Below the pieces are notes generated by a model, which saw only the letters and a list, made by a program, of their open reading frames with translations, was not told the DNA's origin and made no database searches. A stretch of 64,000 nucleotides of DNA, from contig OZ253462.1 of the NCBI GenBank assembly GCA_965261395.1, positions 2,400,001 through 2,464,000 of the forward strand. Reading direction: 5' to 3'. Every line of letters begins with the position of its first letter. Position 1 is the stretch's first letter. The stretch is from Candidatus Latescibacterota bacterium (GTDB lineage: Bacteria; Latescibacterota; UBA2968; UBA8231). This document shows positions 58,940 through 64,000 of this stretch, one piece after another. Position numbers and translations under genes: made by a program.

Positions 58940-61162
58940 TCAGTCGCTGCCGAGATAATAGCTGGTCATTGGTACTTGGTCGTACCCCATCGCCTTTAAA
59001 GCCACGTCGATCCGATAGAGTGGATCTTGCATGAGACAGACGCGGCGGTCGATGGCTGGTATGATCGTGGTGTAGATGCGCAGTTCGCCAGAGGTATAGG
59101 TTATAATCTCTTCGCGCCAGTCGCCGAGGATATCGGCCCAGGCCATCACATTACCCTCGATATCGCTGGTCAGAACTGGACCCTGCCACTTGGAGACGCG
59201 GCCTCGGGTTTGTAGTTCGCGCAGCGGGTCGGCGTCCCACCAGACTAGACCATTCAGCGGCGGGATGTCCCCCGGGATGGCTTCGCCCTTGGCCGTATAA
59301 AAGAAACGGTCCGCCCAGACTTCCATACCCGGATAGGCGGGGTCAATGTCGCCGACGAGGGCGCGGTCAATTTCGTTGTCGATCGTTTCGCTGTCCGTAC
59401 CGAAAATGAGGTTGCCGGTGCGAGCGTCCCAGAGACTGACCCCGTTCTGCGGGTGGGGGTCCTCATAGCTGTACCACACTTCTAGGCCGGGGCGCTCGGG
59501 ATCTATATCCGTTACGTAGAACCGGTCCCCGTGGCCCAAGCCGGTACTCCACATAGTGCGGCCGTCGTTGTCGATGGCCAGCGAGCCGTTGAGGATTTCG
59601 TCGCGACCGTCATTGTCAATATCGGCGACGTGAATACTGTGCTGCCCCTGACCCTGGTACTTCCAGCCGGCGCTTTCGTTGGTCCAGCTCCAGGCCTTAT
59701 CGAGCTGGGCGTCTTGTAAAAGCCAAGCTTCTACTTTCATCAGGCCGTAGATCCCGCGCAACACGAGCAGGCTGGGGGTTTTGCCGTCGAGGTAGGCCAC
59801 GCCCAGCATATTGCGGTTCATGCGGTTGCCCACGTCGTCGCCCCAATCGCTGGGTTTGCCCCGTGCGATCCAGGCTACTTTGGCGATTTCCGCGCCGGTC
59901 TCGCCATTCCAGACGGAGCAGTATTCTGGCCCGGTGAGGATGCGCTCGTTGGCTCCGCGCGGATCTCCCTCGCCGGTCTTCAGGGCAACCTCGGCTTTGC
60001 CGTCGCCATTGAAATCGTAAACGATCATCGGCGAGGTCCAGGTACCCAGCTCGATGGACCAGCCCAAGTCGTTGCGCCATAGATAGGTCCCGTCGCGTTT
60101 ATACGCTTCAACTTTGAAGGTGTCCGGGCTGGGGCGCGGAATGCCCGGATCCACCCGGCCCCTCGGACGCTTGACGACAAAATCGTATTCGCCGTCGCCA
60201 TCGAGGTCGCCGATGCCGATCTTGTGGATTCCGTCTTCGGGCAAGTCGTCGCGCAGCTTGATTGAGATGTATTGTCGCGCGGGAGCATTGGCTGGCAACG
60301 TGGCGGACGCAGTCGCCTCCTGCTGTTGTTCCTGTCCTGCTATGATTGACCGCACCCACCAAGTATTCTCCCGATCTAGGGGGGCCGCGGCGTCTGCGAA
60401 ATCCGTAGTTTCTTTTAGAGGTGCAGCATTGAGTTTTATGGCCTTGCCGCCGTCGGTCGCGCGATAGACGTTGAAGGCGATGTCCTCGGGGTCTTGTTGG
60501 CGCAACCGCCAGCCCAAGTAGATCTGGCCCTCGTCGCTGGCGATGGCCACCATGCCGCGTCCGAGATCCTCCGCGACGCGTTCTTGGGCCCAGCCCAATA
60601 ATTTTGCTTTGCGGCCTGGGTTGATCGAATAAAAGTTGAAGTTTGGCGGTATGAATTCTCGCGGACCGACGGGTTCGTCTTGGGTGTAGATCAGGGTTGC
60701 TTTGGTCTCGCGCCGGGGGGAATTGGATACGTACCCGATGGCTAATACTTGCCCGTCTTCTTGCAGACTCCACGTTTCGCTCGTAGCGATTTCGAATTCA
60801 TTGCCTCGGCGACGAAAGGTGGTTTTGGCTGCGATGAGGAGGCTTTGTCCGTCTGCGGTCCAGTTGGCTCTGGATAGGCGCGGGGAGTTTCTGAATTCGG
60901 ACCGGCTTTCCGTACCATCGAGGGGGAAGTTTTCATAGACGGTGAAGCTATTATACATTCGGTCGATCGCGATGTCGTCTTGCTCTTGGATAACAACGAG
61001 CTTAAGAGAAGCGGTCCGGCTGCCGATATCGGAGGGTTCACTTCTGTCCTTCTGTAGATACCAAACTCCGGAAAAATCGACCTTTGCGTCTTGTGCAGGA
61101 GAGTTGGTTGCGATAAAAAATAGGCATAGGGCTGGTAAAGAAAAAAATTTGCTAGTTTTCAT
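58940..61162 (-). CDS. Secreted PL11 rhamnogalacturonan-lyase-like protein with an extra N-terminal domain
   Basis: EDLGRG, LGWRL, FNVYR, DLDGDGEY, YDFNGDGKAE, LGHGD, DILGDWREE, LMQDPLYR. Confidence 0.85.
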   Translation of the reverse strand: MKTSKFFSLPALCLFFIATNSPAQDAKVDFSGVWYLQKDRSEPSDIGSRTASLKLVVIQEQDDIAIDRMYNSFTVYENFPLDGTESRSEFRNSPRLSRANWTADGQSLLIAAKTTFRRRGNEFEIATSETWSLQEDGQVLAIGYVSNSPRRETKATLIYTQDEPVGPREFIPPNFNFYSINPGRKAKLLGWAQERVAEDLGRGMVAIASDEGQIYLGWRLRQQDPEDIAFNVYRATDGGKAIKLNAAPLKETTDFADAAAPLDRENTWWVRSIIAGQEQQQEATASATLPANAPARQYISIKLRDDLPEDGIHKIGIGDLDGDGEYDFVVKRPRGRVDPGIPRPSPDTFKVEAYKRDGTYLWRNDLGWSIELGTWTSPMIVYDFNGDGKAEVALKTGEGDPRGANERILTGPEYCSVWNGETGAEIAKVAWIARGKPSDWGDDVGNRMNRNMLGVAYLDGKTPSLLVLRGIYGLMKVEAWLLQDAQLDKAWSWTNESAGWKYQGQGQHSIHVADIDNDGRDEILNGSLAIDNDGRTMWSTGLGHGDRFYVTDIDPERPGLEVWYSYEDPHPQNGVSLWDARTGNLIFGTDSETIDNEIDRALVGDIDPAYPGMEVWADRFFYTAKGEAIPGDIPPLNGLVWWDADPLRELQTRGRVSKWQGPVLTSDIEGNVMAWADILGDWREEIITYTSGELRIYTTIIPAIDRRVCLMQDPLYRIDVALKAMGYDQVPMTSYYLGSD

Positions 61163-61196
61163 CTCTCATCTCCATTAGTGAAGGTATTGGTAGCTG

Positions 61197-62651
61197 CTAC
61201 TCGCCTAGCGGGAGTCGTTCTCCCGCGTCCGCGAGCTTGTCCCAATCCCTTACTGGCCCTCGGGATAGCAATTCTGAGAGCGTAAGGCAGGCTAGGTCGC
61301 GGCCGTCCTCCAGCGCCTTGTCAATAGTGCGTCGGCCGCCTTTGATCTTCTTTTGCCCATGCACAATGGCCGAACGGACTCCATAGAAGGACTTTACTCT
61401 GTTGGACATCCAGCCGCGTTTGTCGGTGCCTTGGCCGAGCAGTCGTTCTGCCCGGGTCGCCAGTTGGTGGGTCAGTTTCTGTTTGATCGGACCGTACATG
61501 ATTTCCAAGGCGATGGAGACGTCGAGGATTCGGTCCTCTGTACTAAATGGGCCGCCGACCCGGGCAAAAGAGGCGGCGAGCCGACGGATCGCAAGGTCGA
61601 TAACATCGCGTCTGCCTCGATAAGCGCACCAGCGGCTGGCCAATGTAACGAAAGCAGCCGCGTCATGCTGGCAGAGTTGGCGTTCCTTGGGCGATGCGTC
61701 GGGCAAGGAGGCGGAGGCGCTACGAGAACCGAACGCGAAGTTGGGATCGATCTCCTCTACCCACTCGGCGACGCGGACAAAGCTCGTGTGGGAGATCAGC
61801 GGACTCCTCGTTGCGATCGACAGCAGATCCACTAGGACTTTGTTGTCGTCTGCAGATCGGTTCGCAAGGTCGATCTCGTAGTCGCCGGGGAAGCGGTACT
61901 TCACTTTCGGAGCGCAAACTCGGCGGGGCTTATTGGAAAAATCGCTATCGTCTGGAGGGGGTGCGACGCCTGGTCCCCAACTTAGACTGCGCACGAGCAC
62001 AGTAGTGCTCACGGGACGGTGTGACCGACTTGGATTTCGGCCGGCACCGTTAAGCCGCTTCTCGGGTTCGTCGGGCAGATCGAACGTCGCCTTGGCGTCC
62101 TCGTAGGGTGCCAGATAGGCATCGCTGCCTAGATCGAAGCGCCTGTCGAGTTTCAAGCCGTGCAAGAGCGTGATCTCGGATGCCGGGAGATTGGCATCCT
62201 CGCCGGCCGTTAGGTAGCGGTGCAGCAGTTTTGCTGCTTGCTCTCCGCTATCCTTCATTGCGCGTTTGGCTAGATGGGCTACGAGGGACTTCAGATCGAC
62301 GTGGAACCAGTCGTGGGTGGACAGAATGAAGCCGACCCCTTCGCGCTTGCTCAAGCCTATCAGTCCCGGTCGTAGCAAGGGATGCTCCCGCAGGATCGCT
62401 CTTGCTTCTAAAGGATCGGATTTGAGCCAGAGGTGGGATTCTGCGAAGATCTTCGCGGCGGCGGGGTCGTACTTTGCGCGAGCGGCGAGATCCCGGTATT
62501 GTCGGCGGATACTCGACCAGTATTCGTCTATCGGGCCATAGTGTGGGGTTTCCGGCGAAAGGGGGAAAGAGGGTCTCGCGTTTGCCGCGACATCCTCAAG
62601 CCCTGCTGCTAGCCGGCCGAGCCAATTCGCTGCATCAAAAGGCTGTGTCAT
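61197..62651 (-). CDS. Apea-like HEPN-domain protein
   Basis: DRILDVSIALE...YGVRSAIVHG (Rx4H). Confidence 0.7.
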   Translation of the reverse strand: MTQPFDAANWLGRLAAGLEDVAANARPSFPLSPETPHYGPIDEYWSSIRRQYRDLAARAKYDPAAAKIFAESHLWLKSDPLEARAILREHPLLRPGLIGLSKREGVGFILSTHDWFHVDLKSLVAHLAKRAMKDSGEQAAKLLHRYLTAGEDANLPASEITLLHGLKLDRRFDLGSDAYLAPYEDAKATFDLPDEPEKRLNGAGRNPSRSHRPVSTTVLVRSLSWGPGVAPPPDDSDFSNKPRRVCAPKVKYRFPGDYEIDLANRSADDNKVLVDLLSIATRSPLISHTSFVRVAEWVEEIDPNFAFGSRSASASLPDASPKERQLCQHDAAAFVTLASRWCAYRGRRDVIDLAIRRLAASFARVGGPFSTEDRILDVSIALEIMYGPIKQKLTHQLATRAERLLGQGTDKRGWMSNRVKSFYGVRSAIVHGQKKIKGGRRTIDKALEDGRDLACLTLSELLSRGPVRDWDKLADAGERLPLGE

Positions 62652-62707
62652 TAGCTATCATATCGGATAAAAGAAGAGCTTCAACAAGAAAAAATTAGGA
62701 GTTGGGA

Positions 62708-64000
62708 ATGAACCGGGAGTGGAACCTGCGAAATGCAAGACCAGACTTGCTGGCCCTGCTCTGGCTGTGCGCCGGCCTGTCCGTCGCACCTCGGGTCTGT
62801 GAAGGCCGCGATCCCCACGTGGCCTTTGGCACTAGGGGAGCCGTGGTAGCCAATGATCCGCTCGCCGTGAATGCTGGCATGAGGGTGCTCCAGGAGGGCG
62901 GCAATGCCTTTGATGCGGCGGTGGCGGTGGGCACGGCCATAAACGTGGTAGAACCGGACAACAGCCATCTGGGCGGCCATGCCCTCATCATGCTCTACCA
63001 CGCTGCGAGCGGCAAAGTGATGGCCATCAACGGAACCGGTCCGGCCCCCAGAAAGGCCAAGTTGGAGGACTTTGTGCCGGAGGGCGTGCCACAGCGCGGG
63101 ATAGCGGCGGCCTTGGTGCCGGGAGAAATCGATGCCTATGCATTGATGCTCGAGGAATACGGCACCATGTCGCTGCGCCAAGTGCTGCAGCCGGCCATTG
63201 AGTTGGCCGAGCGGATGCCGGTGGCGCCCTGGTTTGCCCGGAGAGTGAAGAGCTATGCCGGGTTCGAGTCGATCTTCCCCAAATCAGTAGCGAGCTTTTT
63301 GGCCGGCGCTGGGGGCCAGCCGCCGGGGATCGGCGCTTCCTTCAGCCAACCCGACTTGGCGAGAACCCTGCGCCACTTAGCCGAAGGGGGGAGAGATAGC
63401 TTTTATCGTGGGGAAATCGCCGCGGCAATCCTGGCCCAATCGCAGCGAGGCGATGGCTACTTCACCGAGGAAGACTTCCGGGAGTACCCGGCCCGCCTCA
63501 TGGAACCGATCGCAACCACGTACCGCGGTTACACTGTGTACGAACAGCCGCTGGTGTCCCAGGGTTTTCTGCTCCTCGAAGCCCTCAACATCGCCGAGGG
63601 CTACGATCTGCCGCAAATGGGGCCGCGTTCGGTCGATGGGATACACGCCTTGGTGGAATCCATGAAGTTGGCCTTTGCCGACCGCTACGCCTTTGTCGGC
63701 GACCCGGATTTCGTCGACGTACCCATGGAGCGTCTGCTGTCCAAGGGGTACGCCCAAAAACGACGCGTGGATATATCTATGCGCAGCACCTTGGGCGGAA
63801 TTCCCGCGGGTCAGCCTAAAAAACGCGGCGGCGATACCACGACCTATGCAGTAGCGGACGGAGAGGGCAATTTGGTCTCGGTTGTGCAGAGTTTGTGGAA
63901 CGGATTCGGGGCCGCGGTCATACCCGAAGGTACGGGTATATTCATGAACAACCGGATGACTGATTTCAGTTTGGACCCGCACAGCCCGAATGTGCTGGCC
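62708..64000 (+). CDS. ggt: Gamma-glutamyltransferase (partial, runs off the window; absent from the ORF track)
   Basis: AGGAG RBS; GGNAFDAAVA, EPDNSHLGG, FADR..GDP, DTTT nucleophile followed by DGEGN..S, MNNRM. Confidence 0.9.
   Translation, partial: MNREWNLRNARPDLLALLWLCAGLSVAPRVCEGRDPHVAFGTRGAVVANDPLAVNAGMRVLQEGGNAFDAAVAVGTAINVVEPDNSHLGGHALIMLYHAASGKVMAINGTGPAPRKAKLEDFVPEGVPQRGIAAALVPGEIDAYALMLEEYGTMSLRQVLQPAIELAERMPVAPWFARRVKSYAGFESIFPKSVASFLAGAGGQPPGIGASFSQPDLARTLRHLAEGGRDSFYRGEIAAAILAQSQRGDGYFTEEDFREYPARLMEPIATTYRGYTVYEQPLVSQGFLLLEALNIAEGYDLPQMGPRSVDGIHALVESMKLAFADRYAFVGDPDFVDVPMERLLSKGYAQKRRVDISMRSTLGGIPAGQPKKRGGDTTTYAVADGEGNLVSVVQSLWNGFGAAVIPEGTGIFMNNRMTDFSLDPHSPNVLA

Noticed and set aside
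62662-62671. TCGGATAAAA beside the HEPN gene, resembling the starts of the 55309/56044 repeats
   Set aside because: Too short and AT-rich to separate from chance; no partner on the other flank.
63377-63982. Minus-strand ORFs at the right end (also 62681-63181)
   Set aside because: Antisense to the clear ggt frame, which the track missed because it has no stop codon in the window.

Overview
A 64-kb, GC-rich bacterial chromosomal segment. I found no rRNA, tRNA, CRISPR array or intact integrase/transposase. The gene content suggests an FCB-group diderm heterotroph such as a Ca. Latescibacterota/Gemmatimonadota-like, possibly host-associated lineage (inference only). That content includes several Gfo/Idh/MocA oxidoreductases, a PhyH dioxygenase, secreted proteins with FlgD-Ig tails, an LRR-TolB lipoprotein, a TonB receptor and GH29/GH32/PL11 enzymes. 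The backbone encodes sugar/sugar-acid catabolism, aminotransferases and a glycolipid-type locus. Accessory cassettes interrupt it: three intact toxin-antitoxin pairs plus TA remnants, a three-gene Dam-methylase/ParB-like/PD-(D/E)XK island, a 1505-aa SF1 helicase with nested 330-bp and 108-bp tandem repeats, an Apea-like HEPN gene, and a doubly frameshifted ATP-grasp/alpha-E/transglutaminase operon. The most striking structure is that at least four cassettes are bracketed by direct duplications of the neighbouring gene's start, end or RBS. In the two longest cases the copies differ mostly at synonymous sites, i.e. they look like divergent alleles rather than decayed copies. There is also a by-eye excess of CTAGG/CCTAG/CTTGG/CCAAG, consistent with unrepaired m5C deamination at CCWGG. 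All protein calls come from motif recognition, not database searches.
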